Origin: Neoconidiobolus thromboides FSU 785
Taxonomy: Eukaryota; Fungi; Entomophthoromycota
Length of the DNA: 64,000 nucleotides
NCBI GenBank assembly: GCA_025603075.1
Contig: MU626272.1
Coordinates: 129,634-193,633 of the forward strand
Reading direction: 5' to 3'
In this document: positions 25,621 to 38,700 of the stretch, one piece after another
Numbering within the stretch: the stretch's first letter is position 1
Layout: the number at the start of each line of letters is the position of its first letter
Made by a program: the position numbers and the translations under genes
The notes under the pieces: model-generated
What the model was told of the DNA's origin: nothing
Database searches by the model: none
What the model saw: only the letters and a program-made list of their open reading frames with translations

Positions 25621-28600
25621 TTAAACTTTAACAAGATAAAGCATAAACGTCGAGCCATTAACCTCTTGTTGTTCTTCTATAATGACTTTATCAGCGCTAC
25701 CAACCTTAGTATTAGATAATTCCCTTTTTAATGTCTTTTTGAGCATTTCTTTTTGGCTATTAATAACTTTTTCTAGCTCAATTGGATCATTGATGAAGCT
25801 ATAATGATATAGCACATCATCGCTTGGTTGTAAATTAGCTTTCTTACGTAAACGTTGTACACGATTAATAACTTCTCTAGCTAAACCTTCTTCTTGTAAT
25901 TCAGGATAAACTTGAACATCCAATAAAATAAGGATATCACGATCTGAGTTTGGTAATAAAGTGGAGGCTGTGGCTTCTTCAACAAATCGAACAACCTAGA
26001 TAATTTAAGCAAACTAAAATTGTACAATAAAAAATCCGCTTTACCTGTAAATCACTTTCTCCTAATACAATACCATTGATATCAATATTCTTATCTTCAA
26101 GGAATTTCTTAACTTGATCACTAGTAAGTTCAGCTAACCCCTTCTTAACTTTAGGAAGATCTTTCTTCAATCTTGAACCTAAGACCTTGAAATCGGCTTC
26201 AGCACGATATTTGACACCATATTTAGCCTCATCTTCTGTAATAATGATGTTACGAATATTTAATTCCTAAAGATGTATTAGTATATACTTCGCTGATTAA
26301 TCTTGAATTGAAGCTTACCTCTTGAATATAGTTTTGAAGAGATTTAACATCCTCTCTGAATATAGGATCTGAGTGAATGATGACTAATTCCTTAAGTGGG
26401 GTTTTGAGGTTAAGTGCTTTACGTTCACGAACAACACGACCCAATTCAATTACGCTTTGCATTCTTCCGACAGCCCTTTCAATCTCTGGGTTATTGTATT
26501 CATCTCTAACTTCTGGGAAAGACAAGAAATGAATAGATCTACGATCAGTAGTATCATTTTCACCAATTACCATGAATGGTTGAAGGGCCAAGTACATGGT
26601 TTCGGTTAAGAATGGAGTGAATGGAGCCATAGTACGGCATAATGTAAAGAGCGTTTCAAACAAAGTATTAAGAGCCTGTAAACAATCTTCACGTCCATAC
26701 TCACCCTTAAGACGCTTACGGTTGAATCTGATATACCAATTAGTCAACTCATCAATAAGAGCTAAAAGACGAGGTACAACTGTATACAAACGATAATTGC
26801 TCATTTCTTGAGAAACGAAAGCAATAAGAGACTGACAGGAAGCAAGTATCCATTTGTCCATAGTATTTGTGGTAGGGTTGATTTGAGTGGCATCATATTT
26901 AAAGTCAACGTTAAATTCTTTCTTTAATAATTTAACTTGGTTAATGAAGAATCGATGGGAGTTAAGCCATGGTAAGAATACACGTGAAATAACTTCTTTA
27001 ACGCCGTGTTCTTTAAATCTCAAAGGTTCAGCACGCACAACGGGTGAGTTGATTAAATAAAGGCGTAAAGCATCTGCACCATAGTTATTTAAGATATGGT
27101 TAGGATCTGGGTAATTTTTAAGACGTTTTGACATTTTTTTACCATCCCTAACATAGAAATTAATGATATTAATTATAGTTGATCGTAACAAAAAAACTTA
27201 CTCGGCTAACACCAATCCATTAACAATTAAGTTTTTAAATGGAGGTTGATCAAATAATTGAGTAGATAAAACAAGTAAGGTATAAAACCAACCACGAGTT
27301 TGATCCAAACCTTCAGCAATGAAATCAGCTGGGAAAGATTTCTCAAACTTCTCTTTATTTTCAAATGGATAATGTTGCTGGGCATAAGGCATACTTCCAG
27401 ATTCAAACCAACAATCAAACACTTCCTCTACTCTTCTAAGGATACCTTTACCTTGTTTAGATGGAATAGTAATATGGTCGATCCTAATTTGTGTTAATTA
27501 TTGTTTGGATAGTTTATAAATATCTTACTTATGCTTATGAATATCAGTAATTCCTTTAACTCCTGACAATTCTTCAAGCTCAGCAACTGAACCAACGCAC
27601 ACAACCTCTTCAAAGTCTTCAGATACCCATAATGGTAATGGTGTACCCCAATATCTATTACGAGATACATTCCAATCACGTGCACTGGCTAACCAATTGG
27701 CAAAACGTTTTTCCTGTACAAAATCAGGTACCCAACGGGATTTACCATTATTTTTTAACAAATTATCTACTATATTAGTAACTCTAATGAACCAAGATGG
27801 AATAGCACGGTACATTAAAGGAGTGTCTGATCTAATAATAATGTCAGCTAATTTGAGAGTATAATAATAGGAGCTTACCTCCAACAGAATGGATATGAAT
27901 GGGAAAATTGAGTTTGTTTTACCATTCTACCATTTTCTTTAATTCTTTTAGAAATCTCTTTATCAGCATCCTTAAAATATACACCAACAAAGTCCTTAAC
28001 TGGCATAGTAAATTTACCACTTTCATCAACTGGACATGGTAACTCAGAATCTGGTCTAGTAACTCCATGACTTAGACATACTCTGTTATCATCTTCACCA
28101 AAAGCAGGAGCTTGATGTACAATACCAGTACCGGAATCATCAGTAACGTAGGTATCTGAAAGAATTCTAAAACCAGTTTCTTTATACTCTTCATAGAAAT
28201 AATTGAATAAAGGCTCATATTTAAGTCCAACGAGTTCACTTCCCTTATATTTTTGCAAAACTTCGAACTTGGCTTTTTTAACATCTTTGTATAAGATGCC
28301 TAACTGTTTTTCCAATATGATATAAATCTTTCCGCTTTCAGTATCTTTAATTTTAACATAATCAAATTCAGGATGAACACATAAAGCTACATTGGATGGT
28401 AAGGTCCAAGGAGTGGTGGTCCAAGCTAAAACATGTACTTCTGGTTCAGATACTAAAGGAAATGAAACAACAATGGAAGGATCAATTACATCTTTATATG
28501 CTTGAGTAGCTTCAAAGTTGGATAATGGAGTAGTACAAGCAGTGGAGTAAGGCATAACCTTGTAACCCTTATAAACTTGACCTTTATTAAACAACTGTTT

Positions 28601-29236
28601 AAATACCCACCAGATAGATTCCATAAAGTTGACATCCATAGTACGATAACCATTCTCAAAGTCAATCCAACGACCACATCTTTCTACTGTGGCTTCCCAT
28701 TCTTTAGAATATCTTAAAACAATGCTACGACATTCTTCATTATATTTATCAATACCCATTTTAAGGATATCATCTTTTCCCTATTTTTTAAAATTTAGAT
28801 AAGAATAAAACTTTTAGAAACATTATTTACAGTAATTCCTAATTTTTTATCAATTTCGAATTCAATAGGTAAACCGTGACAATCAAAACCGAATCTTCTT
28901 TCTACGTAGTGACCAGTTAATGAGGCATATCTGGTAACAATATCCTAAAAAAATTAGTAAAAATCCATTTCCACTGTTTAATTTTATCTTACTTTAATAG
29001 TCCCTGCTAAGAGATGACCATAATGGGGTAATCCGGTAGCAAAAGGTGGTCCATCATAAAACGAATAGACTGGCTTACCCTCAGCAAGTTTTAAAGAGGT
29101 TTTGAAAGCATCAATAGACTTCCAATAAGCTAAGATCTTTTCTTCTTCCAAAGGGAAGCTAAATTGGCTTGGTACTGATAAAAAAATGAATATAAATATT
29201 TTAGGGGTAAATAAATGTTTTACCTTCGTCAGACAT
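25621..29236 (-). CDS. ILS1: Cytosolic isoleucyl-tRNA synthetase, about 9 exons
   Basis: [23 protein letters not shown] (HIGH), [74 protein letters not shown] (KMSKS); all introns GT-AG and in frame. Confidence 0.98.
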
Positions 29237-29505
29237 AGTGAATGATGAAATTTAAAGCTAAAAGTGAGGAGTAGTTAGCAAAATTACTACTACTATGTTA
29301 TATGTTAGCAAATACCTATATTTAAATTGCAAAAAATTTAATTCAAAATAAATATTTGACTTATATTCGGTTATTTATATATTTTCACAAAATGTTCATT
29401 TAACTCGAAAATTAAACTCAATTGGCTCCAACTAAAATAAAGTTTCTCTTCTTAGCCAATTATCCGCAGCGTTCAAAATTTTTGAGAATTTTAAGGCAAA
29501 GTTGG

Positions 29506-29607
29506 ATGAGTCATAAAATTTATTTACCCTTTGACAGTTTTTATGTTTTTGTTAGACTTATATTGAGCTTGGTGCATCAACGTTAAAAGAGCAGCAATCA
29601 TGAGTCA
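29506..29607. promoter_or_regulatory. Two Gcn4/AP-1-type bZIP sites upstream of ILS1
   Basis: ATGAGTCAT at 29506-29514 (full palindromic consensus) and ATGAGTCA at 29600-29607, 270-370 bp upstream of the ILS1 ATG. Confidence 0.55.
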
Positions 29608-30587
29608 GACTTAGTTTGATGCCAAGTATAATTATCGTAGGAATTACAGGAAGAAGAAGAATAAACAGGAAGATATAAAAAATGGAAATATATAATTATA
29701 ATTAAATAAGGCAAAGATATCGACATATAAGTTAAGTATTGATTAGCTTGAAATATGAGATTTAAATCAATATTTTACTTAGTAAAAGTCTAGAGATAAA
29801 GTGTATATTCGACTAAAGTCTAAATGAAATTCTTTAAAATTGGTGTTATTATTTTACTTTAATCTAATAGTTTATCAACAAAGTTGTATAATATAAAAAC
29901 GTTGTACGACAATATTTATTTATGAATAAGATTTAGTAAGCGTAATAAAAACAGAATGATATTAAGTTTTTCAATAATGTATTATAACCGATGGAAGTAT
30001 ACAATAATTACATTCTTTTACAAACTAGTGCTGACAAACAAAACAATCTGTAAATCCTGGCCCATTTTATGTATAATCATGTCTCATTTGAATACCAATA
30101 TGTTTGCAATTTGTTATGAAAAATTGAGTTCACTACATGATGGATTAAGTAACAAAATTATTACGGATATAGTAGTTTCGAATCAATTTAAATTAGTACA
30201 AATTATAGGCCCCATAATACTATTAATTAGTTTGTTTTTTTGATGGTTTGATAATTTACTACATCACTCAAATTCTGAAGATGGTTTAAAGATTCTTTTA
30301 GGTTAATAGTAAATCAAAATTGTTAGATTATTGAAGCTTACCTTTGTTAAAAATAAGCTGATAATGAATATAGTATAAATTGGTTATTTCTTTTTCTATA
30401 AAGTGTTCACTATTTATTAGTTACACCTTATCATATTAACATTTGTCTAAACAGTTTTATACTATTAACTATGAGGATTAGCCATGATTTTTAGAACATA
30501 CTTCAAGAACAATCTATAGTATCTCGCATTCTCCTTTAAAGTCTTTAGTTTTTGGTTTTCTATCTTTATTTGAGAAATTCATGATAT

Positions 30588-30682
30588 GGGGATATATTTT
30601 TATGTTTGAGAATTTTACTATAAATTTTTTCGTTCAAATAGCGCTAAAAGATAGAAAAAGTAATGGAGCCAAAAGCATCCTC
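30588..30682 (+). mobile_element. MITE family A copy 7
   Basis: Full length, ATAT flanks. Confidence 0.88.
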
Positions 30683-31499
30683 ATATATTAAAGATTTGGT
30701 CTGAAAATTATATCTCTATTAGCTATTTAATATTATGGTATTAGCTTGATTTATAAATAACTCTGGATTAATTTGAACTTTATATAGTACTATAATATAA
30801 CTCTAATAGACCAAACAATACAACTAGTGTGTTAAAGTTCAAATACAATCTATATTTTTCATTTCCGTTTTGGCATATATATATCTAAATGTAATAAAGA
30901 ACTTTAGATTTTTAATAAAAAAACAAAAAAAAATCGAGAATTTATTATTAAAGTTCTACTAGAAATATGAAGATTGTTTGGAACTTGACTTCTGCCGCTC
31001 GGCCGCTTGGCTGTCAACTAGCAAGAAAAGCTGTGGAATCTTTAGAAAATGGCCTTATTCTCCTATACTCATTAGTTGATTTTCTTATTTAAATAAACCA
31101 CTTGGGTGTTCGCCTTTTCAAGAACTTAAAAAAGTTTTACTAAAACTAACTTTGGTGCAAGTTTCTATTGAGATACTTTTAAAGGAAATAGTATAAGTTT
31201 TCAAAAATATAAAATAGATTTCTAACTTCTAGTAAAATCTGTACATAATTTTTGAGTGTTTATATTGATTTAATAGAATGATCGATACCAAAAATAAAAA
31301 TGAATTTCCGGGGTTTTTCGCCTCTTTATCTATACCTTCTATGTCTAAAAATTATAATCCTGACCCAATCAATCATCTTATCAAATAATACTAAATAACA
31401 CTCTTCGCAAATAGATCGCTACGCATCCATACCATCATATATTCATTAAACTCTGCTTTTTTCAACAATATTTTTATTTGACCAGTATTGTTTTTACCT

Positions 31500-31810
31500 A
31501 TATCCCGACAGTCAATAAATACCAATGATGATGCTCCCCTTTACTACAATGAAACCAGCCATTAAACCATAGCCATTCCATCATCTTGTATACAAGTATA
31601 AGTATACGAAAGTACTCAATATCTAGCTAATGCTACTGATATACCTTAAGTCTATAGTAGCTGCTCGCATAGTGATGGTCACAAGCTCAAAACCAATTTT
31701 GAGTTGGGTGACTTATTATGTGGCACCTTCTTTTTCTGAATCAGGATACTTTACTGCTTATATCTTATAGAAGAGAGGTGTGCGAAATGTGAGAAAAGTT
31801 TTGATAAGGA
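31500..31810 (+). pseudogene. Tandem pseudogene copy of the BRI3-like gene
   Basis: Reads H*TIAIPSSCIQV*VYESTQYLANATDIP*VYSSCSHSDGHKLKTNFELGDLLCGTFFF*IRILYCLYLIEERCAKCEKSFD. It aligns codon by codon with 32611..32916 but has 4 in-frame stops; the 3' flank motif ATTGTATTTTGCG is shared. Confidence 0.85.
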
Positions 31811-32610
31811 AGAAGTAAAAGGAAATAAGAGAAAAAGTTTGAATTAGTGTTTTATATTCAAATGTTTTTTCGAAGTTATTGTATTTTGCGGGTTGTAATT
31901 TTGTTTATGTCCGTTGATAAAGTAGTTGGATTTGTTTTGTGCTACAATTCAAATTTTATAATAAAATATGATATAAAGTTAATACAATTTTAATTTTTTT
32001 ATACTATTTTCACTATTTAAGAGTAAAAGAATAGTTTTTACATCCAATATAAAAGTATCCTACAAAATGAAGTTGATATTTAAGTTTTTATATTAATATG
32101 TTAAATGTGTTGTTTTAAACAAAAATATTGCAAATACTTATTCAGTTTTGTTCAATAAAACATTATATGTGTTTAAATTCCAATTTCTTAGAGTATTTCT
32201 AAAATATGTATTAGATTATCATTACAATTTTTCCATAAATGTTTACTTTGTCAAAGTTATCCTATATTAAAGTATTAATTTGGTGTATGGATCATATTAG
32301 TAATGTTTATATTAAATAGCATCTTAGCATAAAATTAATAAATCTAAATAACACAAATTAATATATTAAATTTAATAATAATAACACGTTTGTCATATCC
32401 ATCCCAGCATTTATCCAAACCTAATAAAGAATTTGGCACTCTCAAAAGGCCCAAACTTCAACCAATCAATTCCCTAATTATCAACAAATCAAAAATAAGC
32501 CACACTGAGCGTAATCAATACCTCATCCCTAATTCTATTTAAACGTTAAATCGTGCTTTTTCAATTTCAATCTCAATTTCAGTTAACTTTTAATTTTTAT
32601 TTATCCATAA

Positions 32611-32916
32611 ATGTCTCAACCAAAGAACACAAATACTCCCATGACTGCACCACCTCCCTACTCAGAAAATAGGAATCAAGGCACTTCGTCTTCAGCGCCT
32701 CGTATGCATGCACAAACTTATGGAAGCACCCAACAACCAGCTAACGTTATCTATATACCTCAAGGTAGTTGCTCTCGTGGTGGCGATCACGCGTTCACAA
32801 CTGAGTTTACCTTAGGGGGATTATTATGTGCTTTGTTCTTTTTTCCAATTGGTATACTTTGTTGTTTGTGTCTCACGGAAAAGAGATGTGTAAAATGCGG
32901 AGGAAGATTTGATTAA
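32611..32916 (+). CDS. BRI3/DUF2367-like small Cys-rich membrane protein
   Basis: PPPY motif, then C..G.H..TTEFTLGGLLCALFFFPIGILCCLCLTEKRCVKCGGRF: Cys pairs flanking a hydrophobic hairpin, as in brain protein I3. Confidence 0.8.
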   Translation: MSQPKNTNTPMTAPPPYSENRNQGTSSSAPRMHAQTYGSTQQPANVIYIPQGSCSRGGDHAFTTEFTLGGLLCALFFFPIGILCCLCLTEKRCVKCGGRFD

Positions 32917-33150
32917 GCGGTAAGAGATAACAGAAAAGGTCGAGTTTTATCGATTTAACTTTTATTTATACTCAAAAAGGTTTTGAAGGTATTGTATTTT
33001 GCGAGATGTAATTTTTTGTTTATATCATAAATAAATATTCAATTTGTTTTATCAGGTTCTTATAGAGTTTTAATTTATTATACAGTTTTGTAAGTTTGAC
33101 TAAAATTCTATACAAATTAGTAAAATTAATTTTTAATTAAATAAAAATAT

Positions 33151-35295
33151 TTATAAAACAAATTTAGAAGGACCTAGTCCTAATTCATTATCCTCAGATT
33201 GCAAGTCGACTGACCTAACGTCTTCATTAAATTGTGTCAATATAGTTTTCCTAGATTTTTTTCTTTTCGCTTTTTTCTCCTTTGAGCCTACAACCAAATT
33301 ACTAAATCTGGATGGAAGCACAGGTGGGTGGACAGTAGCAACTTGTCTGCCTTGATTTGATTTTGGATTACTTGTCGTCATTGGTAATGAATAAAACAAC
33401 GGCGATATACTTAATTCAGAAGATTGTGCCGATGGTGCTAAATATGCAGAGTCATTTGATTGTAAATTAAAAGAAGCATTGGATGTAGGTGTAACCAATT
33501 GATTTAACACATTGGTTTCTCTAGATACGTTAAAGTGTTGATAATACCCTTTATGAATATTGATACCAAACCTATCTTCCACTGTATCAAATGATTTTGC
33601 TGATAAATTACTTGCAGTCCCTTTAGTGTAATTGGAACCATATCCTTGCTCTTGATCTTCAATATCAAACTCTTCTTCAATGGACTCAAAGTCTTCTGCT
33701 ATCTCTTCTTCAAGTCTCGACGGTACCAATGGTATCTCACAAAAGTAAATATGGGCTAACAAATATAATGAAATAAAACATGCTATCAATCCAAGCATTG
33801 AAAAAAATCTTTCTAAACTTATAAATTTGTCTTCGATTATAATAATTTGACTAACGACTAAAGGTGAGATACTTAATCCTAAATTCAATATGCTTGTTGA
33901 AGTGGCATAAGCTAGAGGTAAATAATGATCAGGTACAAAGAAAGGAATAGAGGACCAAACAGAGGAAGTAATAAGGGAATAAAATAAACCCAATAAAATC
34001 ATAGGAGGTATTGGAGAGGTCAAATCCACTAAGGATAATAAAAGATGGCAACTGGCTAATCCTAAGCCACATATGAAACATATCAAAAGTCTTGCTCTAA
34101 TACCTTTAATTAAGAAACTTAATATAGGAACTAGTAATGTACATAGTAAATCTGGGGTAGCCAATAAAAAGCCAGCTAGTTGAGGTTGGTTGGGATACCA
34201 TTTAGCTTGTATAAAATAAGAAGATATATTAATAAATGGGATAACAGCTGCATAACCACATAAAATCAAACAAGATAAGCACCAATAATCAAAAGTAAAC
34301 GAAGTCAAAGCACTAAGACTTAACGAAGGTATCTCTTCAATAGGTTGATTAATAGAAGTTAAAGGGTCTATTTTATGATTAAAAGTAGAATAGTTGTTAA
34401 TTAATGTTGAATTTCTTTTACTATTTTGGCCATTTTCATTCATTTGCGGAATAAAACTTCCTTCTTCATAAAGATTCTTTTTCTTCCAGCTGATATAAAA
34501 GAGATCCATAAAAACTAGCAACAAAGAGCATAAAAAGGATAAACAACACATATACCATCCAAACCAAAATGCTTGTATAGTGTTATTCTCCATGTTATCA
34601 CTGTAATTTAATGCTATATAAGGTGACAGTATGTCACTTAACACTGAACCTAGTCTAGCAATACCCAAGTTGATGGTTAATGCTAGTCCTAACTCATCCT
34701 GCTCAAACCAATGACAAGTTAATCTAGCTTGTGCTATACCTATTGATTCTCCACCCAAACCAACCATTAATCTACCAAACAGCATCAAATTAAAGTGATG
34801 TTTCTCTAACCCATAACTAAATAAATATTGTCCTACCATAACCATAAAACAAAATATAATTAATGAGTTTTTAGAACCTTTTAAATGATTTTAAGTTTTT
34901 TTGTATGGAATTAAGAATAGTAGTTATTGTTACCTAATTTATCTACATATCTAGCCATAAAAAAAGGAAGAACAACATTTGGTAAGGAATATAAACTATA
35001 AAATAAAGCTAATTGAACTTGCCATTCTTGGTTTTCACTCTTTAATATATCTTTTATCTGTAGGTTTAAAGCAGCTGGTAAATCATAGGCCTAAGATAGA
35101 AAGACATTATAATAAACATAGATGATATACTTATTTTTATAATTTCATTACATAATAATTACCGGTGAAACACAAAGCGGAGAGGATTAAAAATAATAAT
35201 TTTTTACTAAATGAGTTGTTTAAAGCTGGGTTTGAAGAGTACTCTCGATGCACTCTTGATAATTTACTGTTGATATTTAATACTCCTTCTTTCAT
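33151..35295 (-). CDS. MFS transporter, MFSD1-like, 3 exons
   Basis: Start MKEGVLN..LLFLILSALCFTGNY-AYDLPAALN, LFYSLYSLPNVVLPFF, GRLMVGLGGESIGIAQ, WFEQDELGLALTINLGIARLGSVL; about 12 TM segments plus a long Ser-rich C-terminal tail. Confidence 0.85.
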
Positions 35296-35722
35296 CTTCA
35301 GATAAAGATAAGAAGCAAAAAAACTATATTGGGCTGTTAACCAATAAAAGAAATTGGATTAGGGGCCTAGAATTCTGTTAACTGTTTTTGAAAATAAGAA
35401 CTTTAAAGTGAAAAATAAGTTCAAATTAATAAATTATGATTACTAGCAAATCCTTTATGCCACTTTATTCCTGAGAAAATATTAACAGTTTAAGTTAATC
35501 AAAGTATATAACATTATAATTAATAAACAAAAGATACAGATAAAAAGATCAATTAAAGTCAAAAAAGATATTGTAATAATAAACTAAAAATCAATATCAT
35601 TTTAATTTTAATAAAAATATAAACGACAATTCAATGAAAAGAAAGGCAAACAATAAAAAAGAAAATTAAATCTCGTCCAGTATAACAATAAAACCAAGGA
35701 AAATAAATCGCTAGGAGCTTTT

Positions 35723-38700
35723 TTACATTCTATAATTGTTACCCTGTCCATAATTATTGGAATTAAAGTTATTATTATTCATGGGGTTAAACTGCTGTTG
35801 ATAACCACCCATATTCTGACTTTGCTGTTGATAGTTATTCATTCCCTGCCCTTGTTGTTGATAGTTATTCATCCCTTGGTTGAGCTGTTGGTTCATCATA
35901 TTACCCTGTAATCCACTATTATAACCCAAACTTGAATTATTTCCGATAGGACGATTTAAGTCCATACTATTATAGTTATTCAATCCTCCACCCGAAAGAG
36001 TATTTTGATTATAATTTGAATTATTCAAAGAGCTCGAATTTAATGAAGTATTAAGATGATTACCATATGAACTTGAACTACCAGAATAAGCGTTATTTAA
36101 ATTACTATTTATATTCATACTTGACATAGAATTGGTAGATAAACTAGTGTACTGGGCGGTATTAGAGTAATTATTTAAGCTTGAACCAATGTTCACACTA
36201 CTATTATTTATATTATTATTCCCGTAAGTGCTTCCAAGTCCACTCATACCACTATTGTTACCAAGACCATTCATACCATTATTACTTCCAATTCCACTCA
36301 TACCATTATTTTGACCAAATGAAGATCCTGTATTACCAGCGTAAGAATAATCATTCATATTACCACTAGCTAAACCAAGATTACTATGGCTCGAGATAAC
36401 TTTATCTTGCTGAAGATTGGATGACATACTTAAAGAAGAAAAATTGTTTGGAGTGCTAATATTACCCATTCCTAAACCACTATTACTGCTCATCCCTAAA
36501 ACATTGTTATTACCACTCATTCCTAAAGTATTATTACTTAGCGTTGATGGACTATTATAATCCATTGACTTTAAGCCTGAACTATTATTTATTGCACTTT
36601 GATTTATTCCCAACAACTTACTGCTACTCAGTGAAGTATTGAATTCATTTCGACTACTATTAAAATTACTCTGTTGTCCAGTCATGTTATTTAACCCAGT
36701 CTGATTATGACTTAAATTTCCAGAAGTATTAAAACTGTTATTCAGCAAGGATGAATTCATATTCAAGTTATTAGTGTTATTATTATACAATCCAGGAATG
36801 TCATTTAATGAGCTTGATGTATGTAATCCCGCTTTTGTTGAATCTAAAGTGTTGTATCCTCCAATTGAATAGCCCATATTGTTATTATTAGTGTTACTTA
36901 ATGTAGGTGTTAAACTTCTTGTTAAATTGGCTGTTGGAGTGGTATGGTTGGATAACAAATTGTAAGAATTGCCTTGAATAGTTGAACTGAAACTTGAACT
37001 AGCTGATTGATTTATATTTATAGTATTCAAATTACTATTTGATCCTGTGTAAGAATGTGATGATGCTGTCCCATAATTAGTCTCTTTATTCAAACTACTA
37101 TGAGCATTCATAGTGTTATAAGATGGACTCTCGTTCAATGTGTTAGACCCTAAATATCAACATTACTATTAGTCCATTCATCTTTTAAAATTATAAAGTT
37201 ACCTGTATTAATATCAAAACTTTGATTTAAACTACTTGGTTTATCAAGTTCCATTCTAAACTGATCAAATTCATTTAATTTGACTGGGGTTGAATCCATT
37301 AATCTTGGAACTGAATCAAATGTAGATCCTAAACCAGTACTAGAATTTTGACTTATACCCAAATTGTAATTTACAGATCCTTGAGTTTGTGTGTTCTGAT
37401 TTTTATTCCCACTACTGTACTGAGGTATTTTAGGAGTACTAGTAACTCCCAAACTCTTTAAACTTAAATCATCGAACTGATAATTTGATGAACTAGCTTT
37501 AGTTCTGTTTGTTGTAGTAGTTGATATTGAATAATCCATATTACTTGGTAAATTGATTGTACTCATAGAGGTATCATGTAAGTTGCCGCTAAATGATCTT
37601 TCCGAAATGATGGGACTGTCCATAGCAAAATCATTTTTATAATTGAAATTCTTACTATCAAAAGTATCTAAATTCTTGTTCAATAACATACTCGAATTCA
37701 ATGGTGTTGAGCTACTATCACTGTTGTTGTGTGGGATATTAAACGAAGCTAAACTGGACATAGAGCCTTCTCTTTTAATATCGCTCATCGGAGATAATGT
37801 CTTTGAATTAGCTCCAAATAGATCAAGTGCTTGTTCTTGATTTGAAGTTGTAACATTACCATTAGATTTGTTGCTTAGGGTAGCACTTGGAGTAGTACTT
37901 GACCCAAATACATTAACACTTGGTTGAGTATTTGAGTTTGATCCAAAGATGTTGGAATTCGATTGGGTATTGGGAGTGCTAATAGTACTAAAAACACTTC
38001 CACTCTCTTTATTTTGTGTGGATTGATTAAAGATAGAAGCCCCCACTTGCATATTATCTGAAGCTTTACTGCTTTGATTGTTTACAGGCAATGAACTAAC
38101 CGAAGAATTACTACTAAAAGTAGCATTTGCGTCCCCAAATACATTCTGGTTTTGGGTTGGTTTAGGTGGTGCAGGCCTTCTAGTTGGAATGAATACATTA
38201 GATAAATTACCACTTGGAATTGGAATCAAGGGTTGAGCAAGGATAACAGGAACGTTATTTTGGATTTGTTGTGTAGGCATTTGTTGCTGCTGTACAAACA
38301 TTGAAGAAGATTGTTGAATTTGTGGTTGAGTAAGTTGTGGTGTACTTGGTCTCCTTGGAGATGCTTGTTGAACTTTTGTAAATACCGCAAAATCTTGATT
38401 ACCCTTTTTAGTTACTTCTGGGGCCACTTTAATAGGTTTAACAGTAGCGCTATCATTAACACTTATCTTTGAAAATTCGGCACTTAAGGAACTCCAATCT
38501 TGATCTAATGCTGAGTTACTTTTCCCTTTAGTATCACGTCGAACTGAATTATCTGAAGAAAATATAGGTGTTTCAGATGCAGTGGAAGATGGTTTTGTAT
38601 TTGAATCTGGGAATACAGCCCAAGGATCAGATGTAATGGTAGCTTTAGTAGTAGTAGGAGATGCAACAGTGGGAGATACAACAGTAGGAGATGCAGGGGT

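Noticed and set aside
29956-30243. 95-aa ORF and similar short AT-rich ORFs (7187, 12195, 22498, 22703, 23539, 23873, 24179, 43722)
   Set aside because: Non-ATG or weak starts, F/I/L/K composition expected from AT-rich DNA, no motifs.
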